Source: Salpingoeca rosetta (taxonomy: Eukaryota > Protista > Choanoflagellata). From it: a DNA stretch of 64,000 nt. The stretch is from assembly GCA_033442325.1 (NCBI GenBank), contig JAWQFM010000012.1, forward strand, positions 1 to 64,000, read 5' to 3'. How positions within the stretch are numbered: position 1 is the first letter of the stretch; every line of letters starts with the position of its first letter. The notes under the pieces were generated by a model. The model was not told the DNA's origin. It ran no database searches and saw nothing but the letters and a program-made list of their open reading frames with translations. Shown here piece after piece: positions 11,063 to 37,400 of the stretch. The translations under genes and the position numbers were made by a program.

Positions 11063-11558
11063 CTCTCGAATGTGTGCGTGCGTGTGTGTGTGTGTGCATG
11101 TGTGTGGACATGTTTTGTGCTTCTTGGCAGTGCCACCCAATACGCGCCACTTCTTCCTCATCATCGCCATGACCGCCAACGCTGCGACAGGTGGAACGTG
11201 CCAGTGCAAGAGTTTCAGCGATTCCTGCGATAGCGGAGGTGAGACACACCGGCCACTGTGATTGGTTTTGAGTGTTTGTTGAGAACTCCCACGCTTGCCA
11301 TCCACCCGCATTTAACCAAGCCCGTCAACCTCATCAACCTGCCCACACTCACTTGCTCACGCACACACACGCACACACACACACGCGCGCGCACATTGCT
11401 TGTCCTTCAGATTGCTACAAAGTGTACCGTTGCAATGACACCGCCGCTGATGGCTGCTTTGCCGTCTCAAACTGCACGCAGACCGTTTTCACCACGGTCA
11501 TGGAGGTGCGTTCGCGCGTGTGTGAGTGTGTTTTGCACCTCGTGTGCAATGTCATCGC

Positions 11559-11612
<54 letters not shown>

Positions 11613-12534
11613 AACACACATACACACACACACGCACACACACAAACAAACAAACAAACACACAAACAAACAAACAAACAAACAAACACACACACACACA
11701 AACACACGTGATCGTCAACTCACCACCACCTCTTCTCCAACAGGTGGACGTGAACTGCCGCGATCCGCTCGACGAGCGCGACGAGGACGGCATCGACTTC
11801 TTCGGCATGCGCTGGAAGCAGGCCCTCGAGGAAGACTGCAACATTGGACGCGTGAGTTGCACCGTACCGTGATGTCATTCGTCTCATTGTGTGTGTATGT
11901 GTCTCTCTGTGTGTGTGTATGTGTATGTGCCTGTGTGTGTATGTGTGTTTGTTCTTTGTCTCCCTCCGCTCCCCACTCCTAACACACGCCATCCCACGAT
12001 GCGGAATATCTCACGACATCCCTTTCTCTCCCTTCTTACTATCTTCCCTTTTCCCCCATCTCTCCTTTCTCCCTATCTCCCCCCTTCCCCCTCCCCAATC
12101 CACCCAAACACACCATAGGTGTGTCGGTACAACGGCGACACGGCTGCGACGATTGAGGTCATCAACGGCACCACCTTCCGCACCACCACCCTCAACTCGG
12201 CGCACGTCGACACGCTGCAGGAGTGCGCCGCCAACACCAAGTTCCGCTTCAACCGCTGCACCGTCTTGGACGTGCGTGAGATCGAAGTGACAACCACGAC
12301 CACAACAACAACCACCACAACCACGACCACAACAACCACCACAACTACCACCACAACCACCACCACAACTACCACCACCACAACCACGACGCTCGAGCCT
12401 TGCCAGCCATCATGCACTGAAGCCATCGAAAGCTGCCTCGGAAAGGTTTGTTCACAGCACAAAATACATGCCACCTCTCCTCAGGCATAGTTACATACAC
12501 GTACCTGGTGACTATTTGGCCAACGCATGCCACA

Positions 12535-12572
<38 letters not shown>

Positions 12573-14223
12573 CACACACGCACACACACACACGCACACA
12601 ACGCGCGTCCCGCCTTCTCTTCGCACAACTGCAGAGCGTGTTTGAGGACAATGTGCGGGATGCGTTCGCGGACTGCGTGGCAACTGCGGAGCGCCACACA
12701 GACTCGGCCTTTGTTGACTTCGGTATTTGTCTCTCCGGCTGCCCCGAAATGGAGCCAGAGTCTTCCTTTGAGGACATGAAAGCCGTCTTGCGCTGCCAGT
12801 AAGTTTCGTGCCATGCATTTTGCACTTTTGTGTTCGTGCTTGCCTGCATTGTGCGACCATCACCCATCACCCAGGCACTGCGCACCACGCACACATTACA
12901 CCTCTTGTCCTCTCGCTCATTCACGCCTGTTTCCCCCACCCTTGATGCGCTCACAATCACGCAACCATTCAATTTAGCCGATTCTGCGCTCTCTCCACCG
13001 CCAATATGGACTGCAATGTCACCGTCACCACGACCACAACCACCACCACCACCACCACCACCACCACGACGACCACCACGACAACAACCACCACCACCAA
13101 CGCCACGACCACGACGACAACAACCACCACCTCCTTCACGGGCTGCGTCAACGACATGTATGAGCCCAACGACAGCGTGCCTGGCGAAGCGGCCGTGCTT
13201 GGCGGAGGAGACAGCAGCATCTCTGCGGTGATTTGCGACGGCGAGGAGGACGTTTACAGCATTCCCGTGTGCAACGGCACCATCATCATCGAAGTGCTGT
13301 TCGACCACCAGACTGGCGACTTGGACATGGACCTGTACGACAATGGCGGCAATTTCCTGACGTACTCCGCCAGCGCCACCGACAACGAGAGGATCGTGTT
13401 CGCCCACGAAGGCGCCAACTCGACCGTTCTCGTGGACGTGTACGGCTTCGAGGGCCAATCCGCGGCATACACCATGCAGACCACGCTGCTGTGCGGCGAG
13501 CTGTCGTGCCTGGCGGACAACTACGAGCCCAACGACTCACAGATGGCGGCGACATATCTCGGCAACGAGACGACGCAACTGTTCGCCACGGCCTGCCCAG
13601 GCAACAGCGACTACTACGAGGTGTCCGTGTGCCCGGGAGGCGTGCTGTACACGAGTGCGTGGTTCTACGGTGACCTCATCGACATTGACCTCATCATCTA
13701 CGACGCAAACGGGGCACGCGTTGGCGGATCAGAGACATATATCTGGCCAGAAACAGACTACCTGTTCAACACCAACGCCACAGAGGCAACATACTACATC
13801 AAAATCGACGGCTACGACTCCACTGAGTATGCGTACCAGCTGTACGCTTTCATTGACTGCGACCCCGCCTGCACCGACGACGAATATGAGCCGAACGAGA
13901 CCGTGGACACGGCGACGGCCATCGGCACCAACACCGCCTTCAACGCCACCGTGTGCTACGGAGGGTACGATTGGTATCGGGTGACCCCCTGTGCCAACGG
14001 CCTCGTGAGCATCGACGTCTTGTTCGATGTGGACATTGGTGACTTGGACATTTACCTCTATGACCACAACGGCAACGTCCTTGACGCCGGCGAGACCTCA
14101 ACAGACAACGAGCACGTGGAAGGCACGGCGTACATTGTGAATGGCGTGCCCATGTCCTTGTTGGTCGTCGGTTACTTTGGCGTCAACGTGCCTTACGAGG
14201 TACAGGTCTCTACCACATGCTGA
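10270..14223 (+). CDS. Secreted mucin-like protein: signal peptide, Cys-rich domains, two poly-Thr stalks, three C-terminal PPC-like domains
   Basis: MRASAFTGTLLVVLAFSVLA signal. Spliced small exons. Thr tracts at ~12289-12391 and ~13027-13131. Last exon has 3x C-x-D-x-YEPN(D/E)...DLD(M/I)xLYD...TDNE repeats. No TM segment. Confidence 0.75.
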
Positions 14224-14255
14224 GGTGCATTGCATCACCCTTGTGTTGTGACGTG

Positions 14256-14297
<42 letters not shown>

Positions 14298-14765
14298 GTG
14301 TGTGTGTGTGTGTGTATGCGAGAGCGCTCGCATGTGTTGCCACTTTCTTTCCCTGACGGCCTTGGCACACGCGCCTGGTGATGTGATTTTGCGCCCCACG
14401 CACTTGCACTTGATTTTGTCGTCTTCTCCTATTCCCCAGTTGTCGAGCCAACGCTTTCATTCTTTAGTTCCTTGCTTCGCTGCCTCTTTGCGTTTTGTGA
14501 TGTGGCGCGGCTGGTTGGCCTATCACCACATGCATCCAGCAATACACGAAGGTAGACAACACACCCACACTTTCACTTTCCAACCAAGGCTCGCACGCAC
14601 ACAAACACACAAACACACAAACAGCCGCGGTTCATCCTCGATTCGATTGCGTGTGCTAGCCTGCTGCGCGTGTCATGTCACGCGGCATGTGCGCATTTGT
14701 GTTTGGACTTATGTGTTTTGACGCGGTGTATTGGATTGGTGAAGCTGCTTCATGTCCAGCATCTA

Positions 14766-15008
<243 letters not shown>

Positions 15009-15081
15009 TTAGGACGTTAACGGGAGCAAGCGCGTTGTCGCCATCAAACGAGTGGAAATCATAACAGTCGACAGTTCAGCA

Positions 15082-26879
<11,798 letters not shown>

Positions 26880-27443
26880 GGCCCAGGGTGCAACACTGGT
26901 TGATCGATAGAGGGCGGGAGGGGGTGGTAGGTGAAGTTGTTCGGTTGGGGGAGGCTCGCCCTTGTATCAGCGACAGCGGCACGCTTGTTGTTACTCTTAC
27001 TGTTAAACGAAGTTGATCCAACATGTATTTGATCTTGTATTGTGTGCGTGTGTTAGGTTGAGCAACCACCTGCCTCTGGCCTTTTAGGCGAGGGTGCAGC
27101 TAGGTCGGTGTCAGGTTGCACCAGGAGGATCAAGCGCGCGGGAGTATGATGTGATGTGACATGACGTCACTTTCGCGGGTTTTCGTTGACATGACATTTT
27201 GGGTGTAGCAGACGAACAGTAGAATGGGTGCCTCATGTCACATCAGTCGTACCACTCTTGGCTTTCACCTCACAGCGTTTCTGGGTAACATGATGTGCCA
27301 TGCATGCACCTGTTGCTTCAAGCTTAACTTGTCGTTCTTGTCTCTGCACAAGTGTTTATGTTACTTCTGTGGTCGCAATGGCCAGGCAAGTGTTTCAGTC
27401 GGCATAGCACAAGAACACATTCAAGGAAAGAGCGACAGCACAC

Positions 27444-27478
<35 letters not shown>

Positions 27479-27484
27479 CACACG

Positions 27485-27559
<75 letters not shown>

Positions 27560-27644
27560 CCACACACACACCCACACATGCACACGCCCACACACACACG
27601 CCCCCCCCCCCCACACACACACACGCACACACGCACACGCCCTC

Positions 27645-28570
27645 TGGAAGGTCTGTAAGGCCGTCGTGGTGATTGTGCTGGTGACTGGATCGAGGGTGGA
27701 TACGCCAAACGGCACACCCAAGGTGCGGCCATCACTCACGAACACGGCTCCTCGTCATTTCTTCCGTCCTTGCGGCTGTGGCGGCGCGATGGATTCGATG
27801 TCTACGGTGCTGGCCCACGTGAGCACGTGCGTTGAAAGGCATGCAGTAGATGAGGCCCTTGGGTGCTAGCGCACCGCTTGACCACTTGAAACTAAGGTGA
27901 ACAAGCCCAAAGCCGGTCGCTGCGCGTCAGCAGTGTTGGTTGTGGGGTGTGTTCAGGATGAGGACTGACAGGAGGTGGCAAGGAACATCGAGCGTTGTGG
28001 CTGGTCGTTGTGGCTGGTCGTTGTGGCTGGTCGTTGTGGCTGGTCGGGACGCCGTCAGATATCCTCGTTGTCAACAACCACGCCACTCGCCCACTCACTC
28101 GAGGGTCACCCTTGATGCCCAGCGTTGTTGATTGCGCATCTGCACCGTTCGTTGCGGGATGAGGACCGGCGGGGGAGGCGGTGGAAAGGAACGCCATACC
28201 GCCGTCAGCATCCCGTCGTTGTACATGACACCACTTGGACAAGCCCGGTCGTGGTGGTGGGTGTCTGGGTGTTGTCAGCTGCTGGGATGTGAGGGCTGCA
28301 AACGCCCCGCGGAACCACGTCGACTCGCTGCTGCTGCTGCTGCTCTTGCTGCTGTTCGAGGATGGTGCTGCTCGGCGAGCGTGTGCACACGCTTACATGC
28401 CACATCGCTCCCCGAAATAGAGCCCCTCCTCATTCGCTGTGCGTGATGCCGACGCCACTGGTGCTGTCGCTGCTGTGTTGATGCGAAGCGCGCCGGGTTC
28501 GCTGTCAGAGCGGCATCGTCACCTCGTCACTGGCACCACATCATCCATCAACTGCCGCATCTCAACCAAC
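27645..28570 (-). pseudogene. Decayed gene with KWxG(A/G)VLAPxGxIYxxP-type beta-propeller repeats
   Basis: KWSSGALAPKGLIYCMPFNA (27828-27887). KK*RGAVFVSDGRTLGVPF..LDPVTSTITTT has TGA at 27755-27757 in the Trp position. Further frameshifted copies lie near 28130-28240. Confidence 0.55.
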
Positions 28571-29237
28571 ACAAGTGGGGTGCTGAGCACTCGTCTCACT
28601 CGTCCTTGCTTGTTGTTGATGTTGGCTTGCTGCCAGCAAAAAACAAACAAACAGCAATGCTGATAATTGGTGGAAATCATTTGCAGTTATCGCACCGTTC
28701 GCCAAGAAGGTGGGTGAGACATCGCCAACAGTGTTGCTTGCTTGCTTGTTGTTTTGCTTGTTGTGGCGTGGTGTTGTGTGTTGTTGTGTTGTTTGTTGGT
28801 GTTGATTGGAGGGTGAGTCTGCCGTCTCCTACCATGTGAGGTGATCTGCTACATACACGCGCGCGTGTGCGGTGGTGTGTGCAAAGATGCAAGCTACGAG
28901 CTGGTGTCTCTGCGGAACATGCCATCATCATGGAAGCCTACCCATCTCATTGCTTTCTTGGTCTTGTCTGTCGTGTCGGTCGTTTGGTTGTTTGGCGTGT
29001 GCAGTCGTTTGTTTGTGCAATCGCTTACCAAAGCCGGAACTACACGCAACAAAAAACAAACGACAAAGGACGGCAACCCCTACCCGGTCTTGTATTCGTC
29101 CGTTGGCCTGACCACCAAGGTACATAATCGGCGTGCGTTGATGATGTTGGTGGGTGGTGAAATTTTTGCTTCTTGTGTTGTTTAGTCTTTGTTTGCGTGG
29201 TATATGCATTAGTTTGTCAATGCTGCAGACGCCGATG

Positions 29238-29274
<37 letters not shown>

Positions 29275-29347
29275 CCGTATCGCATACTTTATTGTAACGT
29301 ACACATGATTGCTCTCCCACGCACACACACACACACACACATCCACT

Positions 29348-29379
<32 letters not shown>

Positions 29380-29385
29380 TCCACT

Positions 29386-29416
<31 letters not shown>

Positions 29417-29449
29417 ACACACACACACACACTCACACACTCACACACT

Positions 29450-29480
<31 letters not shown>

Positions 29481-29557
29481 ACACACACACGCGCGCGCGC
29501 AATTACGTTCCCACCCACGCACACACCAACTTCATGCCATTGCTTTTGACTTCAGAC

Positions 29558-30303
29558 ATGGCTGGTCAGCATCGCATGCTGCTGCTGTTGGCACTCGTGT
29601 GCGCCGCTTGTCTCGCAAGCACCCAAGCCCAGTCCGGTACGTGCTGTTGCAAGACATTGGTTCACCTTCCAACACCAGTCACCGCTCCAAGTTGTCACCC
29701 GTGTCCACCTTCTTTCCTTCACTCACCCCCCCCCCCCTTTCTCTCATCTCTGCGCCCCTTGCAGATTGCGCTGGCTTGGGCGAGAACGACTGTCAACCAC
29801 CATGCGTATTCAGCAACTCCACAGGCCAATGCCACAAAGCCGGTACGGCCGCTTACATTTGAGATTGCCACAAGCAAAGCAAGGGCGTGGAGAGAAATTG
29901 AGAGCAAGGCGGTGGTTGCTTGCGCATGCAGTACACATACAGAAACACACACACACACACACAAACGCAAATGAAAAACGTTTGGTGTTCAAGTTTCCAT
30001 TCAACCACTTAATTATCTTGTTGCTCACACCGCCACCTGCGGCTGTGTCTTCATGATGATAGGTTGTGCATACACACCATTTGTGGACTGTGACGCGCCC
30101 TGCACCCCAAATCCAAACACGTTGGCTTGCCACGTCAGCTCAGGTGTGTTCTTGCACGGCACACAATGCTCACATTTCTGCATACTGCCTCCTGCCACAT
30201 CGCACCCCAAATCAACCCTTTACACCTGCTTTCACATCTACTTCCACACGACTTGCCCATACTGCCTCCGTGTTTCTCAACTTGTTCACACACACACACA
30301 CAC

Positions 30304-30367
<64 letters not shown>

Positions 30368-32447
30368 TCACATTCACACAAATACTCACCCCCCTCCCCC
30401 GCATTCACACAAATACTTGTGTAGACACTGGTGGCGCCTGTGCCGAGTATGACTTTGAAAACTGCCCCGCGCGCTGCCTGAAGCTCTCCGTGGACAACTC
30501 GTGCTCTGAAATCACGTGTGACACATACGACATCGAGGAAGCGGTAATATGCGCACACATGCACTTTGAACTTCGTTTTCACGTCCCGCCTCTCATCCTT
30601 CTGCACTCCTCCCCCAGATCGTGTTTGTGGATGTGAATTGTTTGTTTGTTTGTTTGTTTGTTTGTTTGTTTGTTTGTTTGTTTGTTTGTTTGTCTTCCAC
30701 CTCACAATCCGTAACTCCCTTCCCCCTCTCCAAAACCCTTGCCCCACCACCATCACCATCACCACCACTGTAGTGTCTGAACGACAACGACGACCTCGAC
30801 TGCACGTACGATGCGGACATCAGCCGCTGCCGCGGCACCAATGAAACAGTGCAGTGCACGGAGTACTCTCCCGACAACTGCCCCGCAGACCGCTGTGACG
30901 CCTTCGATGGCACATTCTGTGTCGAGAAAGGTGTGTATGTGTGTGTGTGTGCGATGTGTCTTGTGTGCTCTTCGAGGTGTATGTGTGTGTGCTAGTTGTG
31001 TTAGTTGTATGTTGTTTGGCTTCCGTTGTATGTTCAAGTGCATTCGTGAGTTGGAATGATGTCGTTTCGAATCATGCAATGGCGGTGGCACACCGCCACT
31101 CACACCACACGCCATCTGAACACACTCTTTCTTTTCTGCGTATGTGCGTGTAAACGTTCTAGGCACCTATCCCTCGTGTGCGTTCTATTCCATGGAGGAC
31201 AACTGCAACAGCAAGAGCTGGTGCACGTGGTCCCCTCTCTACGGCGCATGCGGAACTAAAGGTGCCATGCGTGTGGTCCAAAGCCACATGAAAATGTTTG
31301 CGCATGCCTGCTTTGTGTGTATGTGTGTCTGTATTTCTGTGTCTGTGCGTGTTTCTGTGCCTCTGTCTGTGTTGGTCTGTGTGTATGTGTTCGTGAACGC
31401 GTCCCTTGTGCTGTCTGGCGATTTGCAACTGCCATGTTATCACCCCATCCCTTTCCAATGTCCCACCGCCCCACACAACATGCAACCTGCACCACCACCA
31501 TCCACTCTGCCTCTCATCCTCCTCTCTTGCCAAACACAACAACATCGCTTCCAGCGGGCGAGTTCGAGTGCGGGCAGCTCCTTGACTTTTTGTCGTGTGT
31601 GGACCAAGACCAGTGCTGCTTCGACAGCGGCCTCTGCGTGGACCTTCAGGATGGACAGTCCTGCACCAGGACACGAGGTGACACCGCAACGCCTTGATGT
31701 CGTGTCGTGCTGTTTGAGCATTGCTGTGCGGTGTGTATAAGCCCCTGCAAGTGAGAGGCTGTCCGTTCTTCCCTCGTGTTTGTATGTGTGTGTATGTGTG
31801 TTTGTATGTGTTTGTATGTGTGTGTGTGTGTGTTTGGCTGTGTGTGTTGCGGCTTCACACCATGTGCTCACCACCTGGAAATCATCACCACCTCGTCTGC
31901 TGCTTCCCATTGCACCTCATGACTGCCCGCCGCCCAAGACGCCTGCTCCTCCTTCTCCCTCGGCGACTGCCCTTCGTACGTCTCCCGCTCGCGCTCTCGC
32001 ATGCTGGCCTGGCTCGTACTCGCTTGTGACTGATGCACTGCTTCTCCTCTCCGTTGTTCGCGTGCATGCCCTCATCACTCACCGTCTCTACCCCTCCTCG
32101 CACCCCCATCACCGCACCGCACCGCACCACACTGCATGCAATGAACCACAACCAACCAGGTCGTACTGCCTGCCGAACGAGGACGCGGGCGAGTGTGAGG
32201 ACCCGCCGTGTCTGGCCATCCGCACCAACCGCACGTGCTCCACACGCAACGAGTGCATCTTCCTGCCAGAGGGCTGCAGGGCTGACGGTGTGTAAACGAA
32301 AAACACCCAGACAAACAGACAGACAGAGGGTGGGCAGTGGGCTCACACCCAAGCCAACTAGTGCCTGATATCGCGTGCATGTGCACACACACACACACGC
32401 ACACACACACGCACGCACACGCACACACACACACGCACGCACACACA

Positions 32448-32479
<32 letters not shown>

Positions 32480-34467
32480 CACATGCTCACACATGCGCCT
32501 GCTCACATGCAATGTCCATAACACAATACACACACAATACACGTCGCCGACGTTGCGTGCGTCCTCGTCTTCCGTTGCTTGCTGCAGGCGAGCCCCCGTG
32601 CGACCAGTACACATCCCAGGGCACCTGTCCCTGGAAGTGCACGTGGGACTTTGGCTCGGATTCCTGCATGGCGCGCGCTTGCACAGACGTCTTTGACGTG
32701 CGTGGTCCTCTTCCCATCTGCTCGCCCCGCATGAACTGGAACAACCGAGCGCTTCCACGCGACAATTCAATGACCTTCCTCGCTCTTGCCGTCTTTGCCG
32801 TTTCTGTTTGCTCCGCCCGCTCGCTCACATTTGCATGTGTGTGCTGTGCGTGTTGTGTGTGTGTATTGTGTGTGCGCAGGAGGGGACGTGCCTTGCGCTT
32901 GGCGGGTGCGCGTACGACTTTGGCCGCTGCCACGATGAAGGCACCGCCGTCTCGTCATCAACCCAGATTGCCACCACCCAATGTGCGTTTATTACCTGCT
33001 CTGGTCCCCAACACGTTCGCTGCTATGTTTATCCTGTTGAAGTCGCCACGGTGTTTTCTGTCCGCGCCACTGTATACGCGTGTGTACCCGCACTCGTACA
33101 CACACTCACACACGTGCACACACTCACGTGTTCACACACACACACACACACACATGCACACATACACACACACACGCACACACACGCACACGTGTTCACA
33201 CACGCACACATACACACATGCACACACTCTCGTGTTCACACACGCACACATACACACATACACACGCACACACGCACACACACACACACACACGTATTCA
33301 CACAAACTAACATCAACGACAATTCCCCTCCCCCATCCCCACGACCCTACAGCGTTTGACATTGACTGCAGCCAGTTTGCCAACATGACGACGTGCCGGT
33401 ATCCGTGCTTCTGGAGCGAAACCGACGCCCTCTGCCGCAACCGCACATGTACGCAGATCTTCGACGAGACAGCGTGCGAGGCCAATGCGGCGTGCGAATG
33501 GACCGTCAACGACTTCTTCCCCTGCACTCCCGTCGACACCGGTCTGGCCTGCACGGAGTACAGCCGCGACCTGTGCCCCATCACCCGCTGCACCCTGGGC
33601 GCCGACGACGGCAGTGGCCCAGCATGCCGGGACAAGGTGCGCGCTGCTGATGTGCTGCTGTGGTTGTTACTCAAGTGCCCTACACCACAGCCCAATTGTA
33701 CCCACACATTGCATGCGCGACCGCACCGCCCGTCGACACAACACACATGTGAACCAATGTCATCCCCACCCATCACACGCACCTGTTTTTTGGTTCTGTG
33801 TCTCTTGTTCTTTTTCGGTAAGCTCACACCTCCTCAAACGCCCCGTGCGCTGATCTTTGTCTGCATAGACGTGCGCTGAACTGAACGCCAACGAGTGCAC
33901 CAACTCCACGGCGCTCGCCTGCCAGTACGACGAGTCGTATCGCATCTGCTACCCTGAAGGTCCGGCGTCTTTGCCCACGCGCGTGTGCTCGCATCATGTT
34001 TGCTCCTCCCAGCCACCACAGCTGTGTGTGCTTGTGTGTGTGTGAATGTGTGCGCGTGCTTGTGTCTGTATGTGTGTGTGTGTGCGCGCATGCGCGTGTG
34101 TGCTACTCGCCCAAACACCAACACGTTGCGTGCACTTGCATGTCACACCAACCACCACCTGCCCGCGTCTACGCCATCGCCACGCTGCCTCTTGCATTTC
34201 TGTCTGCAGGCGAGGAGCTGCCGTGCGGCATCTTCAACGAGAACGACTGCCCCGCCCGCTGCAACTACTCCGTTGGCGCGCAGTCGTGCTACCAGCCAGG
34301 TACGCGCACACAACACACGAGCACATGAAGCTGGGGTGCTTCAGGCACATCTCACATCTGTACTTGAGCATATTTAGCGTGGCTCCATTGCGTACAGTCT
34401 CGCTTGTATTTGTCTGACTCAGCCCTTCCAACTCCGCCCTTCTCCCCTGCCCCCCCCACACGCACGC

Positions 34468-34559
<92 letters not shown>

Positions 34560-35019
34560 ATATGTCCGCAGGCACCGTGCTGCCGTGCTCGCGGTTCAAC
34601 AAGCAGCAGTTCTGCGAGCAGCAGGACGAGTGCACCTTCTATTCCATTGTCGGACTCTGCGTCAACGATACACGTCAGTGCACCGCCATCCACACGACAG
34701 CATATGACAGCATCTGCCATGTACCCCCCCCCCACACACACACACACATACACACACATACACACACACACAACACACGCGACACGTGTGCTTCGTTCTC
34801 GTCTCTGCTCATCATTCTCACGCCTGCTTGTGTGTCTGCCCGCGGTTCTGTTGATGCTATTGCTCCCCTCCCCCATTCAGAGCCCGACTACCAGTGCAAC
34901 CTCATCTACAACGACCAGTTCTGCCGCGACAGCCCCATCTGCACATATGGCGCCGACGGCTGCCAGAAGTGCACCGCAAATAACACCGCAGACTGCATCC
35001 AGCCATGCCCAGGTTCGTG

Positions 35020-35078
<59 letters not shown>

Positions 35079-37359
35079 GTGTGTGTGTGTGCGTGCGTGC
35101 GCGTGTGTGCGTGCGTGTGTGCGTGCGTGTTTCTGTCCACATTGTGTGTGCGCTGCATACGCCTTTGGGAGTCATGTTATACTCCAAACCCAAGCATGCA
35201 TCACACCACATTACTCTAACATATTCGCACGTACTTTCACACACACTTGCCTCCAATCGACCCACCCCTCTGGTGTTCAACACTGACCACCACACGGCAG
35301 ACGTGTCCCTGCCGGACTGTTCCCAGCTGACGCAGGCCAGCTGCTTCTCAGAGCCGTCATGCGTGTACAACTTTGAGCTTGTGCAGTGCACGCGCGCCGT
35401 CTGCACAGACGTACGCACGCACACACACACACACACATACACTGTCTGTTTGTCGCGGTGCCATGTGGCTTTGATCATTCCCTGCTTTCCCCGCATGTCG
35501 CTGTCCTTTGTCATCTTCATCGCATGCGTCTCACCCATTGTCTCGCCCATTTCAGGTGTTGTCATATGACAAGTGTCTCTGTGAATCCCTCACCAACTGC
35601 ACCTACGATGGCAAACGGTGCAAATACTTTGGTGAGTGCAAGCCGTGGAAGACATTCCGCTTGATGTACCCGTGCGTGTTGTCGTCGATGTGTGGACTCG
35701 AACCAAACCAGCATGCCGCTCTTCCATGACCACATCACCCCCACATTACGCATTCATCCATCCTCACATCACGCATCCATCCATCCCTCACCACCACTGA
35801 TGATCATTGTTCTCGCCTCGCCCCCCCCCCCTCCCACTTGGATGTCAGACGACGGGCGCCCCTGCGAGGAGAAGACGACGGCGCTGGAGTGTGGTGGCGC
35901 CGATCCACGCTGCTTCTCCGACTACAACGACGAAACAGGTACTGCTGTGCATTTAAACTGTCAAACACACACACATACAGACATGCAGACAGACACATAT
36001 ATGCAGACCTACAGACAGACACATTCATTCAGACAGACAGACACACACGTACACACACACACAAACACAGACGCACACACAAACACACAAACACACAAAC
36101 ACACACACACACGGCCAGCCAACCAGTGTTGCCATCACAGTTACACTCACACGACCATCCCTGCTCCTACCTGTTCCTGTGACCTGTTTTCTCTCCAATC
36201 GCTCCAGGCATCTTTGAGTGCCGCAACGCCACGTGCGCCGACCAATATGGCCAGACCGCCTGCGAGGGATTCGAAGGTCAGTCATGCCATGTTCTTTTCG
36301 TGTGTGTCATTGCCGTGTGTTGTACCTTGTCACCGTCGTCAACACGCGCGCGCACACGCACTCTCATGCGCACACGCACTCATTCGCACCCCCCCCCCCC
36401 ACACACGCATCTACTCTCGCGCGCGCGGCCTGCAGGCGCCGAGTGCGAGTGGCTGTCGTACTACGGGCTGTGCAATGATGCTGGCGCTAAGGTGCCGTGC
36501 ACGCGCATCTACGAGAAGTACGCATGTGGAAACAGCACTGAGTGTACGTACTACAGCGACATCAACCTGTGCTACTACAAGGACGAGGAGGTGCCCTGCG
36601 AGAAGTACCGCACCGCCACCAGCTGCCCCAGCGACCGCTGCTCGTTCTACCCGACCATCCCGCTGTGCGCACCACAGGGCCAGCAGGTGCCCTGCAGCGC
36701 CTACGACTCGGAGCTCGCCTGCCTCTCCAATGACGCGTGCCGGTATGTGCCGGGCGCATACGCGTGCGTTGCCGCGGATGAGCCCTCGCCGTGCACCCGC
36801 ATCTCAAACGCGGTGGCGTGCGGCGATACCGTCGGCTGCAAGCACGATGGCGCCAAGTGCGTTGCGTGCAAAGACGACGAAGCTTGTAACGGGACGAGTG
36901 GACTTCAGGTCAGTTGGCGCTGTCTCTTTTGGTGTTCCCAAGGCGCCATCTGTGCTCAACTTTATGGCACGTGTGCCACAAAGCTCACTCACTGTTTCGT
37001 GGTGCCACCAATTCTTTGGTTGTGATGTCTTCCTTGTCTCGTCTCTGGTGTTTCGTTACCTTGACTCTGGCTTTCCGTTGCATTGCCTCTCACACCGTGC
37101 CCCTCGCGATTCCAACAGCCGTGCGAGGAGGCCGAGGTGTGCAATGCCCAGTACTGCTTTCCAACCGACAACAGCTGCATCTCCCTCTCGGTGCGTGTCT
37201 TCAGCCAACCTCACACCCCGAATCTATGTGTTGCTTTGGCCTTGCTTTTTTGTTTTGTTTGTGTCGTGATGTGATGTGATGTGACATGACTGCACCTGTT
37301 ATTTTTTTTCCTGCGAATCACACGTGCCTTGCTGTGCTTACGACCATGTGCTGCCGGTA

Positions 37360-37400
<41 letters not shown>

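Noticed and set aside
27162-27178. CRE-like TGACGTCA and E2F-like TTTCGCGG upstream of the dermatopontin gene
   Set aside because: Short motifs expected by chance, with no supporting evidence.
27755-27757. In-frame TGA as selenocysteine or recoding
   Set aside because: It falls at a Trp position in a region that also has frameshifts, so simple decay is the better explanation.
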